Both the position numbers and the translations under genes were made by a program. Positions 31,128 to 40,110 of a DNA stretch of 64,000 nucleotides are shown piece after piece; the first letter of the stretch is position 1, and every line of letters begins with the position of its first letter. The notes beneath the pieces are model-generated. The model searched no databases, was not told the origin of the DNA, and was given only the letters and a program-made list of their open reading frames with translations. This stretch comes from an uncultured delta proteobacterium. GTDB lineage: Bacteria > Desulfobacterota > Desulfomonilia > Desulfomonilales > Desulfomonilaceae. The stretch spans positions 672,001 to 736,000 of the forward strand of contig CAWBKB010000001.1 in assembly GCA_963789265.1 (NCBI GenBank). Reading direction: 5' to 3'.

Positions 31128-32363
31128 GTGCAGCCGACCCCGAATCCGCAAAGACTGATTACTAGAGACTTTCTCGCACTCAATGCTATAGTTTTCCTGA
31201 CTTATTGCAACGTCGCGGTCTTCTTCGAGTTTCATCACTATCTCGGGACCCTGCCAATAAACGAGGAGTGGTTCGGCCTGTTAATCGCTCTCTTTTCCGT
31301 CACGGTCCTCGCGATCCGTCCGATTATCAGCCCTTTCCTTCACCCTGATAATGCGAAACGATGGATCGCGATCAGTTGTGTCTGGGTAATCGTATCTCTG
31401 CTTCTGTACAACGTGGCACATGACTTTTTGTCGATGACAATAGTCAGATTGCTTCACGGCGCGGCTTATGTGGTGATGGCCACTGCCGTGGTGAGCAAGT
31501 TGGTAGGCGGCATACCGCGGGACAAGAGCGCTCAAGCTTTCGGTTTGATATCCGTGATTACTCTTTTGCCTTATGCGGTTGTTCCGCCTATTCTGGAGCC
31601 TCTGACCCGTTGGGCCGGCGGATTTGAGAATGTGCTGAATCTATCCTGCGTGGTGATGGCACTGTCATTTCCGTTGCTCTCAATGATCGAGACCGGACCC
31701 GCGGAAGTCGGCGGACCGTCTCATGAAGTGATCGGCTGGCATGATGCGACAGAGAATCTCAAGGACCCTCGTATCCTCTCATTAATGCTGCTCTCGCTAG
31801 TGGTGTGGACTTGGTACACACCGGTGTTTTATTTCATAAAGGGACAGGGAGACCAAATTGGCGTGCCGAATCCGGGCTGGTTTTTCACGCTTTCGACTTT
31901 CGCAGAGATTGCAGTCAGGCTCCTGGCAGGGGCGTTGTTCGACAAGCTCAACAAATCAAAGGTACTTCTCGGCTCTCTGCTGTGGCTGGGGTTTAGCAAT
32001 CTGATCATGGCTCATCTTTGCGGCCCCGTCATGTTTTACACTATGGGAATAGTCCTGGGACTGGGTTGGGGCGTAGCCATGCCGGTGTTGAGCGGCCTGA
32101 TATTCGACGTCTCTGTGCCGCGATTCCGGGCTCTGAATACCAATTTTGCCATGGAAATGTTTCAATGCGGTTTTTTTGTGGGGCCGCTGGTAGGAGCGTC
32201 TATACTGGTCCATTCGGGCTACGGAACATTATTCTACGCTTGCGGCGGTCTCTTGTTTGCCGGTTTGGCCACAGCTCCAGTGCTCTGCAGAAAAAGCGGG
32301 ATAACCCCGGAAACCCCAAATGAGGAAGAAATATGGAAACAGAAAAAAGCAAAGAACCGGTAG
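31128..32363 (+). CDS. MFS transporter
   Basis: ~12 hydrophobic segments in a 6+6 arrangement; RLLHGAAY. Confidence 0.88.
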   Translation: MQPTPNPQRLITRDFLALNAIVFLTYCNVAVFFEFHHYLGTLPINEEWFGLLIALFSVTVLAIRPIISPFLHPDNAKRWIAISCVWVIVSLLLYNVAHDFLSMTIVRLLHGAAYVVMATAVVSKLVGGIPRDKSAQAFGLISVITLLPYAVVPPILEPLTRWAGGFENVLNLSCVVMALSFPLLSMIETGPAEVGGPSHEVIGWHDATENLKDPRILSLMLLSLVVWTWYTPVFYFIKGQGDQIGVPNPGWFFTLSTFAEIAVRLLAGALFDKLNKSKVLLGSLLWLGFSNLIMAHLCGPVMFYTMGIVLGLGWGVAMPVLSGLIFDVSVPRFRALNTNFAMEMFQCGFFVGPLVGASILVHSGYGTLFYACGGLLFAGLATAPVLCRKSGITPETPNEEEIWKQKKAKNR

Positions 32364-33374
32364 AGCCCGAAAAGCAGTTCGAAGTGGGCTTTTTCCGGCC
32401 TTCAGACGCAAAAGGCATCGTGCAGCTATTTCGAGCAGTTTATGGTGACGGGTACCCGATCAAGATCTATTATGATGAAGAAGCGTTAACTGAGGCCAAC
32501 GCCAAAGGGCAATACTACTCAATAGTAGCCCGTACGTCATCCGGCGAAGTCATCGGCGTGGAACATTTATTTCGCTCAGCCCCGTACCAACGCCTCTACG
32601 AACTCGGTGCGGGCCTGGTGTTGAAAGAGTGGCGAAGACTGAGTGTCAACATGCGCATGCTGCGGTATGTCTTTGAGGAGTGGGTGCCCAAACAAGACAA
32701 TATCGAGCAGATTTTCGGTGAAGCGGTTTGCAACCATACGCACCTGCAGAAGGCTGTGCAACAATTTTCCCACATTGAAACCGCTTTGGAAGTCGCTTTG
32801 ATGCCGACTGAGGCATACGATAGAGAGCGGAGTGCCGCAGGCCGCGTAGCCGTCCTTTTTGCAACCAGGTGCTACAAGCCCAAGCCGCACACGGTCTATC
32901 TGCCTCCTCAGGTACCAGAAGGAATTGCGATCGATTTATTCGCGGCTTGACGACCGCCGCGACCTTGCCGCGGGCGAAAAGAAGATGCCGGGAAATGTGG
33001 CCTCCAAAGGAGAAATGACTGTTTTTGATTTTGCCGGGGTTGCTCGCGTTGCTTTGCATGAGACCGGCCATGATTTCGCTGACTACGTTGGAAATCTCGA
33101 ATCACAGGCCCTGTCTCAAGAAGTCGTGGTTATCCAGGCCTGGCTCAAGTTGAGTTCCCCGTGGAGCGGCTCCGCAGTAGACATCCTCAGAAACAAAGGA
33201 TATTTTCTTGGCGGTGTCTTGCCGCGGTGGTTCGGTGAAGACGGCCTTTTGATGCAGAAAGTCCTGTGCGAGCCGGACTTTGAAGGAATCCAGCTATATT
33301 CTGACCATGCCAAGGAAATCTGCGCGATGGTAAAAGAAGACTGGAAGAGGGTCAAGACGTCGGGCAGTCAGTAA
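32333..33374 (+). CDS. GNAT-like acyltransferase (one frameshift ~32910)
   Basis: FRPSDAKGIVQLFRAVYG..Y, YELGAGLVLKEWR, GEAVCNH; two overlapping ORFs join at LPPQ|YQKELRS. Confidence 0.7.
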
Positions 33375-33393
33375 GTCATACCAGGAGGCGAAT

Positions 33394-33723
33394 GTGCGAA
33401 TCGACGTGAAGAAGGATCAAAATCTCTTGATCGTGTCGGTTGAGGGCAGGATGGACACTGTCTCGGCCCCGGAGTTTCAGCAGAGAATGGAAGAGTTGCT
33501 GGACCGGGAAGGACAGGGGATCCTTATGGATTTTGAAAGACTGGAATACGTCAGCAGCGCGGGTTTGCGGTCCATACTTATCGCGGCCAAGAAGGCCAAG
33601 TCCTTGGGAGGCCAAGTCTCGTGTTGTTCGCTCCAAGACATGGTCAAAAAGGTCTTTGATGTTTCGGGGTTCACCGGCATGCTTCCAGTGTACGATTCAT
33701 TGGAAGATGCTTTGAACCGATGA
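33394..33723 (+). CDS. STAS-domain anti-sigma factor antagonist
   Basis: GRMD, LEYVSSAGLR phosphoacceptor motif. Confidence 0.92.
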   Translation: MRIDVKKDQNLLIVSVEGRMDTVSAPEFQQRMEELLDREGQGILMDFERLEYVSSAGLRSILIAAKKAKSLGGQVSCCSLQDMVKKVFDVSGFTGMLPVYDSLEDALNR

Positions 33724-33802
33724 ACAGTGCCGGAAAACGACCATCAACACAACATGCAGCCCAATCTCCATCCTGTCATGAAAAGCGTCGGGGTTACGTC
33801 TC

Positions 33803-34774
33803 ATGAAGATTGCAGTGACACTATTCCTGGTGCTTTGCGTATGCCCCATTTCCAATGTGGGTGCTGAAACTTCTCTGAAAAAGGCTTCGTTCGCCCCGCA
33901 ATGGATTCCGCAGGCACAGTTCGCAGGTTATATGGTTGCACTGGACAAGGGATTTTACCGGGATGGCGGGCTGGACCTCACGCTCCTGGTGGGCGGACCG
34001 GGAAAGCCCGCCTTTGCGTCGCTCGATTCCGGCGAAGCGACGTTTTGTACCGACTGGCTTACCAATGGCATCGAAAAAAGGGCCTCCGGCATGCCCGTGG
34101 TCAATCTCGCACAAATCATCCAACGCTCTGCGCTGATATTAATTGCCAAGAAGAAGAGCGGAATAGAGCATCCACAGGACCTTAACGGAAAGAAGGTAGG
34201 TCTCTGGGCAGGGCAGTTTTATCTTCAGCCCAAGGTTTTTTTCGAGAAGTATGGGCTCCACGTAAACATTATCCCTAACTATTCCTCAGTCAGCCTCTTC
34301 CTCAAGGGAGGTGTCGATGCTATGTCAGCGATGTGGTACAACGAATACCACACTATTATAAACAGCGGTTATAATCCTGATGATCTGACCCTCTTTTTCT
34401 TCAGCGACTACGGTCTCAACTTTCCTGAAGACGGAATATATTGCCTGGAAGATACTCTTCGGAAGGACCCCGAGATGTGTAAGGCATTCGTGCAGGCTTC
34501 TCTCAAGGGGTGGCTCTATGCCTTCGCCCATAAGGACGAAGCCTTGAATATAGTCATGAAACATGCACGGGCCGCACACACCGGGACAAACAGGGCGCAT
34601 CAGCGTTGGATGCTCGCGCGTATGCAAGACTTGATCATGCCTAACGGGGATAGGAGTATTTTAGGGAGACTCAACCCTGCGGAATATACCCTAGTGGGCG
34701 ATATATTGAAGCGCTATCACGTTATTGATGAATTGCCGAAGTTCGCAAATTTCTACCGGGGCCTGGAGCATTGA
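33803..34774 (+). CDS. NMT1/THI5-like periplasmic binding protein
   Basis: Signal peptide; QWIPQAQFAGYMVA..KGFY; DLNGKKVG. Confidence 0.88.
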   Translation: MKIAVTLFLVLCVCPISNVGAETSLKKASFAPQWIPQAQFAGYMVALDKGFYRDGGLDLTLLVGGPGKPAFASLDSGEATFCTDWLTNGIEKRASGMPVVNLAQIIQRSALILIAKKKSGIEHPQDLNGKKVGLWAGQFYLQPKVFFEKYGLHVNIIPNYSSVSLFLKGGVDAMSAMWYNEYHTIINSGYNPDDLTLFFFSDYGLNFPEDGIYCLEDTLRKDPEMCKAFVQASLKGWLYAFAHKDEALNIVMKHARAAHTGTNRAHQRWMLARMQDLIMPNGDRSILGRLNPAEYTLVGDILKRYHVIDELPKFANFYRGLEH

Positions 34775-36714
34775 TCAAGCTGCGCAAGAGCATCAGTCTG
34801 AAGATAACCGTGCTGGTGTTGTGCGGCGCCTCAACAGTCTTTGCCCTAGCCCTTGCTTACAGCTATGCATACTCCCGTCGGATGATCCTCGCACAAGCGG
34901 AAAAGAGCGCTACAAGCCTGACTTTGTCGGTTGCACGCAGGATAGAGCAGGAATTTCGCGCGGCGGGCGAGGTACCCAAGGCCCTGGCCGCTGTACTGGA
35001 AACTAGCAATCCGGACAAGGAGACCTTATTGCGCCTCATCCGCCGCATGGTCCGGGAGAGCAGGGAAGTGTACGGATCTACCGCGGCATTCGAGCCGTAT
35101 GCGTTCGATCCGAAGCTTCGCTGGTTCGCACCTTATTACTACAAGGGAAAGGACGAGATCGAGTACGAGCAGCTCGGATCGGAATCGTACGACTATTTTA
35201 CCAAGGACTGGTACCATCTCCCGAAAGTGCTCAGGGCTCCGGTCTGGACCGAGCCGTACTTCGATGAAGGCGGAGGCGGGGTGGTGATGACCACCTGCGC
35301 CCGGCCGTTTTTCGAACAGGGAAAAGACCGCGGCTTCAAGGTGAGAGGTGTTGTCACGGCAGATGTTTCTCTCCAGTGGTTGACCGATCTGGTCTCTACC
35401 GTACATGGAGGCCGGACAGGATACTGTTTCATAATCTCCGACACCGCCGCGTTTGTAACTCATCCCAACCCGAAATTAATAATGTCCGAATCCATGTTCA
35501 GCCTGGCGGAAGAGCGGCACGCGAAAGTGTTGCGTACAGCGGGTTTGGACATGATACGGAAAAAATCGGGCTTTATGAACATCGGTTCCACGCTGACCGG
35601 AGATGAGTCGTACCTGGCTTATGCCCGGATTCCGTCACCGGGCTGGTCTTTGGGAGTGGTCTTCCCGAAAAATGAGCTTTTGGCTCAGATGAACAGCCTG
35701 CACCGGAGGACCGGGCTCCTGGCGGCAGGCGGCCTGATTCTACTCCTGGCGGTAAGCGGACTGGTCGCCCGGTCCATTGCCCGGCCCCTGCGCAGTATGG
35801 CCGCGGCAACTGAACGGGTCGCACGCGGCGATCTGGAGATCGATCTGTCGGACATCCACAGCGAGGATGAGGTCGGCCAACTTGCCCGATCGTTCACGGC
35901 TATGACCGGGGACCTGAAGAAATATATCAAGGACCTTACTGAAACCACCGCGGCCAAACAGAGAATCGAAAGTGAGTTATCCATAGCGGCCCGTATTCAA
36001 AGGAGCATGCTGCCTACGGTTTTCCCTGCCTTTCCGGACAGAGACGAATTCGATATTTATGCGATGATGCGTCCTGCCAAAGAGGTCGGCGGGGACTTCT
36101 ACGATTTCTTCTTTTTGGATGACGACCACTTGTGTGCGGTCATAGGGGATGTATCGGGGAAGGGCGTGCCCGCGGCCCTTTTCATGTCAGTGACCAAATA
36201 CCTGATCGAGGCGGCGTTAGGCATGGGTGAAGCTCCGGATCGAGCATTGGCCAGAGTCAACCGTCACCTGGCGGATAACAACGAATCCTGCATGTTCGTG
36301 ACAATATTCATGGGCATATTGAATGTTAAAACCGGAGATTTTCTTTATGCGAACGCGGGCCACAATCCGCCCTTATTGTGGGATCGGGACCGTGAGCCGA
36401 GCTTCCTCGAGCCTCCCGGAGGGCCGGTGGTGGGCATAATGGACGATGCAGTCTTCGGCATGGACCGATTGAGTTTCAAGCCCGGAACAGTTCTACTGGC
36501 CTATACGGACGGTGTGACAGAGGCATTTAGCGCGGACGGCATCGCTTTCTCGGACAAAAGATTGGTTCTAGCTGCAACCCCGGTACGGGAAAAGTGCGTG
36601 AAAGAGATTACCGACGATCTCGTCAAAGTGATTGATTCCTTTTGCGTGGGTGCTCCTCAGGCCGACGACATAACCATCCTGGCTTTGCGTTGGGAGCGAA
36701 GAGACTTAGAGTAG
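34771..36714 (+). CDS. Cache-HAMP-SpoIIE (RsbU-like PP2C) sensor phosphatase
   Basis: Two TMs; WY..P..W.EPY.D Cache motif; DEVGQLA HAMP; VGGDFYD, DVSGKG, YTDGVTEA, DDIT. Confidence 0.93.
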   Translation: MIKLRKSISLKITVLVLCGASTVFALALAYSYAYSRRMILAQAEKSATSLTLSVARRIEQEFRAAGEVPKALAAVLETSNPDKETLLRLIRRMVRESREVYGSTAAFEPYAFDPKLRWFAPYYYKGKDEIEYEQLGSESYDYFTKDWYHLPKVLRAPVWTEPYFDEGGGGVVMTTCARPFFEQGKDRGFKVRGVVTADVSLQWLTDLVSTVHGGRTGYCFIISDTAAFVTHPNPKLIMSESMFSLAEERHAKVLRTAGLDMIRKKSGFMNIGSTLTGDESYLAYARIPSPGWSLGVVFPKNELLAQMNSLHRRTGLLAAGGLILLLAVSGLVARSIARPLRSMAAATERVARGDLEIDLSDIHSEDEVGQLARSFTAMTGDLKKYIKDLTETTAAKQRIESELSIAARIQRSMLPTVFPAFPDRDEFDIYAMMRPAKEVGGDFYDFFFLDDDHLCAVIGDVSGKGVPAALFMSVTKYLIEAALGMGEAPDRALARVNRHLADNNESCMFVTIFMGILNVKTGDFLYANAGHNPPLLWDRDREPSFLEPPGGPVVGIMDDAVFGMDRLSFKPGTVLLAYTDGVTEAFSADGIAFSDKRLVLAATPVREKCVKEITDDLVKVIDSFCVGAPQADDITILALRWERRDLE

Positions 36715-37020
36715 CCAAAGGCGCACCGCTTCCATAATATGACGGTCAAAGCGTCCCGCGAGACTCCTGATGCGGTCACAAAGCTCTTTGGGCAAGGCAC
36801 AGCGGAAAGTGGTCAGGCCGCCATTGAAGATTTCAGGCCCATTGGCTGCAGGAATCAATTTGGTTTCGTCTATGAGGCGCAGATAGTGCCACAGAGCCAA
36901 AGCTATCTGCTCCTGGCGAGGCACACCCGATTTGTTCAGTTCTGAGTAGTCTGCCTTCCTCACGAGAACAGTGACTATTTCGAAGCTATCAGCCTTATCA
37001 ATCTTACCAGCGTTTATCAA
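36706..37020 (-). CDS. Hypothetical protein
   Basis: 104-aa open frame convergent with the phosphatase gene; no family recognised. Confidence 0.45.
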   Translation of the reverse strand: MINAGKIDKADSFEIVTVLVRKADYSELNKSGVPRQEQIALALWHYLRLIDETKLIPAANGPEIFNGGLTTFRCALPKELCDRIRSLAGRFDRHIMEAVRLWLL

Positions 37021-37180
37021 TTACCGTCCCCCAATGGCCCCTATTAAGAAATTATGAGAAATGTACTATAAATGAATTATTAATGGAGAGGGGACCTTTT
37101 GTCCAGAGAATTTGATTCTTTTCCGACTGTTTTGCGATACAACAGCCTTGGGAGCGAGGATTTGTCGTCTTTCTTCAGGG

Positions 37181-37675
37181 CAAGAATTCACCGCAGAGAG
37201 CGCAGAGACCGCGGAGAATTCTGGTTTCGTCGGGCGTCTATCTGATGGAGCCGACTTGTTACGGCACAGGCGCTAAAACAGCATTCATCCGTTGGTCAGC
37301 AGGCTATTGTCCCAGAGGGACATTTTGATAGTAGACCGGTGCTTTCAGCGCCGGGAACGAGCAAAAAAGAGAACCCGTGCGTCCCAGAGGGACGCCTGAA
37401 TGTAATCGTAGAAATCAGCCTTTCAAGCGTCCCTACGGGACGCAGAAGCGGTCATTATTGGTCGCTTTCCCGGCAATGAATTGCGGGGCTGCTCTCACGG
37501 AGGCCCTTTGGGGCTCATAAGGTTGCAAGAGATGCTTCGTTTTAACGCCCACGGCTTATTCTGGTCCGTGATAGTAAAGCATTTTCGGCTCGACTATTCT
37601 CGATTGTGGCTCACATGATGCTTAATAAACTATCTTCTTACTCTGCGTTCTCGGCGCACTCTGCGGTGAATCTTG
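37181..37675. repeat. Inverted pair of TTCACCGCAGAG..CGC.GAGA.CGC.GAG repeats (37181-37218 and 37638-37675)
   Basis: Directly visible; related motifs at ~41291-41460. Confidence 0.7.
37265..37553 (+). mobile_element. Uninterrupted copy of the ~290-bp MITE-like element
   Basis: Degenerate AGGCGCTAAAA...TTTTAACGCCC ends; internal GTCCC.N.GGGAC and CCCGGCAATGAATTGC palindromes matching 1572-1783 plus 3460-3541. Confidence 0.8.
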
Positions 37676-37895
37676 ATTGTGCACCGAGGATGGTTTCAAA
37701 CTTGCCGTGCTCTGCTTCCCAAATTTCCCTACGGTCTTTTCTCAGCCCTTGGCTGATATAGAACTTGATGAGAGCTTGATATCCTCCCATTCCTTTTAGC
37801 GGTGCAATTCTTTTCAGATCTTCCAGCACGTCCTCCGGAACTCTGATGGAAATGTGCTTCATTGGCCGATCTTTATGCAGAACAATCTTCTTCAT
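37638..37895 (-). CDS. CopG/BrnA-like antitoxin
   Basis: ISIRVPEDVLEDLKRIA..KG..GYQALIKFYI RHH-like motif; C-terminus supplied by a repeat. Confidence 0.7.
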   Translation of the reverse strand: MKKIVLHKDRPMKHISIRVPEDVLEDLKRIAPLKGMGGYQALIKFYISQGLRKDRREIWEAEHGKFETILGAQSRFTAECAENAE

Positions 37896-38227
37896 AACGT
37901 TCTCTCTCCTCGGGGTAACAGGGTCGAATCCGCTGGTAGCTAATATTGGAGTTCCATCAAGGACAAAGCTCCAGTGCTGTCGAATTAACGCTAATCCCGG
38001 CGGTCACGCCACCGTCGTGACCGTCACCCCGGACTTGATCCGGGGCCCAGTAGTCCCGCATTTTACGGGATTGAAATTCACCGAGTCGCGGGACTGGATT
38101 CCGGCTCTTGCCCCGGATCGATCCGGGGCTGGCCGGAATGACGGCAACCGCACGCGGATTACCACAACAGCAAAGAGCATAAGATGTGCAGATCTCGCAG
38201 GACGCCTGAGAACACCATCGCTCGCTG

Positions 38228-38491
38228 CTACGCCCGCCTCAAGGAGCATTCCATGCAGTTGCACTGACGGGAGAAGTCCGCACGACGCCTAGAATGTTCT
38301 GCGATAGAATCAATCTGTTCGTCTGTGAGATCCTCATAAACTCGGGCTGCCAACGCGAGAATCTCGTCAGGTTTCTCTAACGGCTCCACGACCAGACGCA
38401 CCTTTTGTCCCTCTGCAAGCTTCAGATCGAACGGCGCAACAAGGCGAAATCCTCCGTGTTCATAGACGGCTTCGACAGTTTCAGTTGCCAT
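38228..38491 (-). CDS. AF2212/DUF104-like antitoxin
   Basis: TVEAVYEHGGFRL...LAEGQKVRLVVE. Confidence 0.8.
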   Translation of the reverse strand: MATETVEAVYEHGGFRLVAPFDLKLAEGQKVRLVVEPLEKPDEILALAARVYEDLTDEQIDSIAEHSRRRADFSRQCNCMECSLRRA

Positions 38492-38527
38492 GCGAATGCT
38501 CCTCTCTGCCCTGGCCCACTCTGATCT

Positions 38528-39235
38528 CTACTGAGGCGGCTGCCAGAAGGGTCCGGTCTTCTCGATTTCCTCAAGGATGGTCAGGACCTCATGAAAGTAT
38601 TCTCTGCTGCGGGCAAGCCAGTCGGCATCAAGACGCCTGCGAAAGAATTTCCCCGAGAAAAGCCGGAATAAGTCCTTGAGAGGGATAATTCCTTCAACAT
38701 TAGCCGAATCAAATTGAGACCAATTTCTCACATGCTCTTCCGACCGGAAGAGATTCATAGTGCTTCAGGTGTACGCCCAGTCTTCCATCCATTTCCGCAA
38801 CGGGACTGCAACATAACCGATTATTCCTTCCGGCTCAGTTTTTACAATGGTCCCATCAGACACTTCCACAACTACAGGACCGCCGCAATCTAAACACACA
38901 CTATTAATTTGGACCGTCTTCCCCGGGCACAGCCAGCAAACTGCCAGCGACTCGAATCTTCATTGACCAAACCACTTTTGCCTACCGTCAATGGTGATCC
39001 TATACTGAGTCGGGACATTGCTGAAGGGAGCAAAGGAAGCGATCAGACTGGTATTGGGGTAGAGCCAACAACCAGGGATCTTCAGGTCGATGAGTTCATG
39101 GAGTTTTTGTCGGCCCTCGTCCGGTGACACTCCCAAATCTTTTGCGAGGTCAGTGTAATGGGGTGCGTGACCGGTGTCCATCAACCCCTTCAAGATGATT
39201 CGGAACGTCTTGCCAAGTTGTGCTGGATCACTCAT
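38528..39235 (-). CDS. MerB-like (alkylmercury lyase family) protein with two predicted selenocysteines, U92 and U157; 235 aa
   Basis: One frame apart from TGA at 38960-38962 and 38765-38767. Read-through gives APFSNVPTQYRITIDGRQKWFGQ-U-RFESL...INSVCLDCGGPV...WAYT-U-STMNLFRSEEHVRNW. GAGAGG RBS; hairpin 3' of each TGA. Confidence 0.88.
38735..38752 (-). promoter_or_regulatory. Candidate bacterial SECIS for the second UGA
   Basis: CUCUUCC-GGUC-GGAAGAG perfect hairpin starting 12 nt after the UGA. Confidence 0.75.
38932..38948 (-). promoter_or_regulatory. Candidate bacterial SECIS for the first UGA
   Basis: GCUGGCA-GUU-UGCUGGC hairpin (two G-U pairs) starting 11 nt after the UGA. Confidence 0.6.
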
Positions 39236-39306
39236 GGGGCACCTCTCGATTCACTTGATTGGCCGATGCCTTTTCTGGGCATCCTCTTATCTTAGAGGGC
39301 GCAACC

Positions 39307-39447
39307 TCAAACCAGCAAGTATTTCCTCATTATCTCTTCGTTTTCCCTCAATTCATCCATGCTGCCCTGAAACCGGATGACGCCATTGTCAATGAGGTAG
39401 CCGCGATCACTCAGGTACAGTGCAACTTTCTGATTCTATTCGGCCAC
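39307..39447 (-). pseudogene. C-terminal remnant of a LivF-type ABC ATPase
   Basis: VAE*NQKVALYLSDRGYLIDNGVIRFQGSMDELRENEEIMRKYLLV* (EQN motif with CAG>TAG); no upstream coding part. Confidence 0.75.
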
Positions 39448-39750
39448 TACATCCTACGCGACCATGCCCACGGCCAATTTGAACGCGTCGAGAACATCGT
39501 TTGTGTACGTACTTGCCGGGCGGCTATAAGTGTCAACAATACTGATTTTTATCTCCCCGGCCGCGTAGGCCCGGCCGCCGGCGATCGGCAGCCCTACGAT
39601 GGCCAAAGTTCAGACGATCAAGCTCGCGGTCTATTTCGTGACATGACCTCCATGTCTTGGCGGATTAACTCGCGGAGACTATAACAACAATGTGGGGATT
39701 GCAGAAGCGGTGGATCGTGCCCATTATGATATGGTGAGAAAAAACAGAAT

Positions 39751-40110
39751 ATGCGTGCAAAAAAAGATAAGCCGGTCAAAGCTAAGGAATCCGATTCCAA
39801 CATAAGTTTCTATCCCGCGTGGTGCAAACGGTGCGGAAATTGCGTTGCATTCTGCCCGAAGAAAGCCCTGGAGACAGACGAATGGGGTTATCCCCGCTTG
39901 GCCAGACCTGATAGCTGCATATCCTGTCATCTCTGTGAAAAGCTGTGCCCGGATTTTGCCATCACCGTGGGGGAAAAGGCTCCTTCGAGCGTTGCCAAGC
40001 GTGCATCCTCGGTCCCGTCTCCCGGAACTCACGGTTCGCCGGTAAGCGCTCATCACAGTCCCGAGCGCCTCGCACCGGCTCCGCATGAAGAGGAGGAGGC
40101 CGATGAATAA
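39751..40110 (+). CDS. korD: 2-oxoacid:ferredoxin oxidoreductase delta (2x4Fe-4S) subunit
   Basis: CKRCGNCVAFCP, CISCHLCEKLCPDFAI; operon position. Confidence 0.85.
   Translation: MRAKKDKPVKAKESDSNISFYPAWCKRCGNCVAFCPKKALETDEWGYPRLARPDSCISCHLCEKLCPDFAITVGEKAPSSVAKRASSVPSPGTHGSPVSAHHSPERLAPAPHEEEEADE

Noticed and set aside
30786..31238. ORFs with WIPASAGMT, CHCEE or VIPAYAGIQ peptides (also 7535-7885, 37846-38292, 43174-43404, 60064-60333)
   Set aside because: These are translations of palindromic repeats, not credible genes
38528..39235. MerB-like gene as a nonsense-mutated pseudogene, or UGA read as Trp/Gly by an alternative code
   Set aside because: Both stops are TGA at catalytic-Cys positions with 3' hairpins, and TGA is a normal stop in many other genes here (hemB, rpsT, argB, argF)
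39259..39684. 141-aa + strand ORF
   Set aside because: No family features; it overlaps the antisense of the livF remnant, which explains the sequence better
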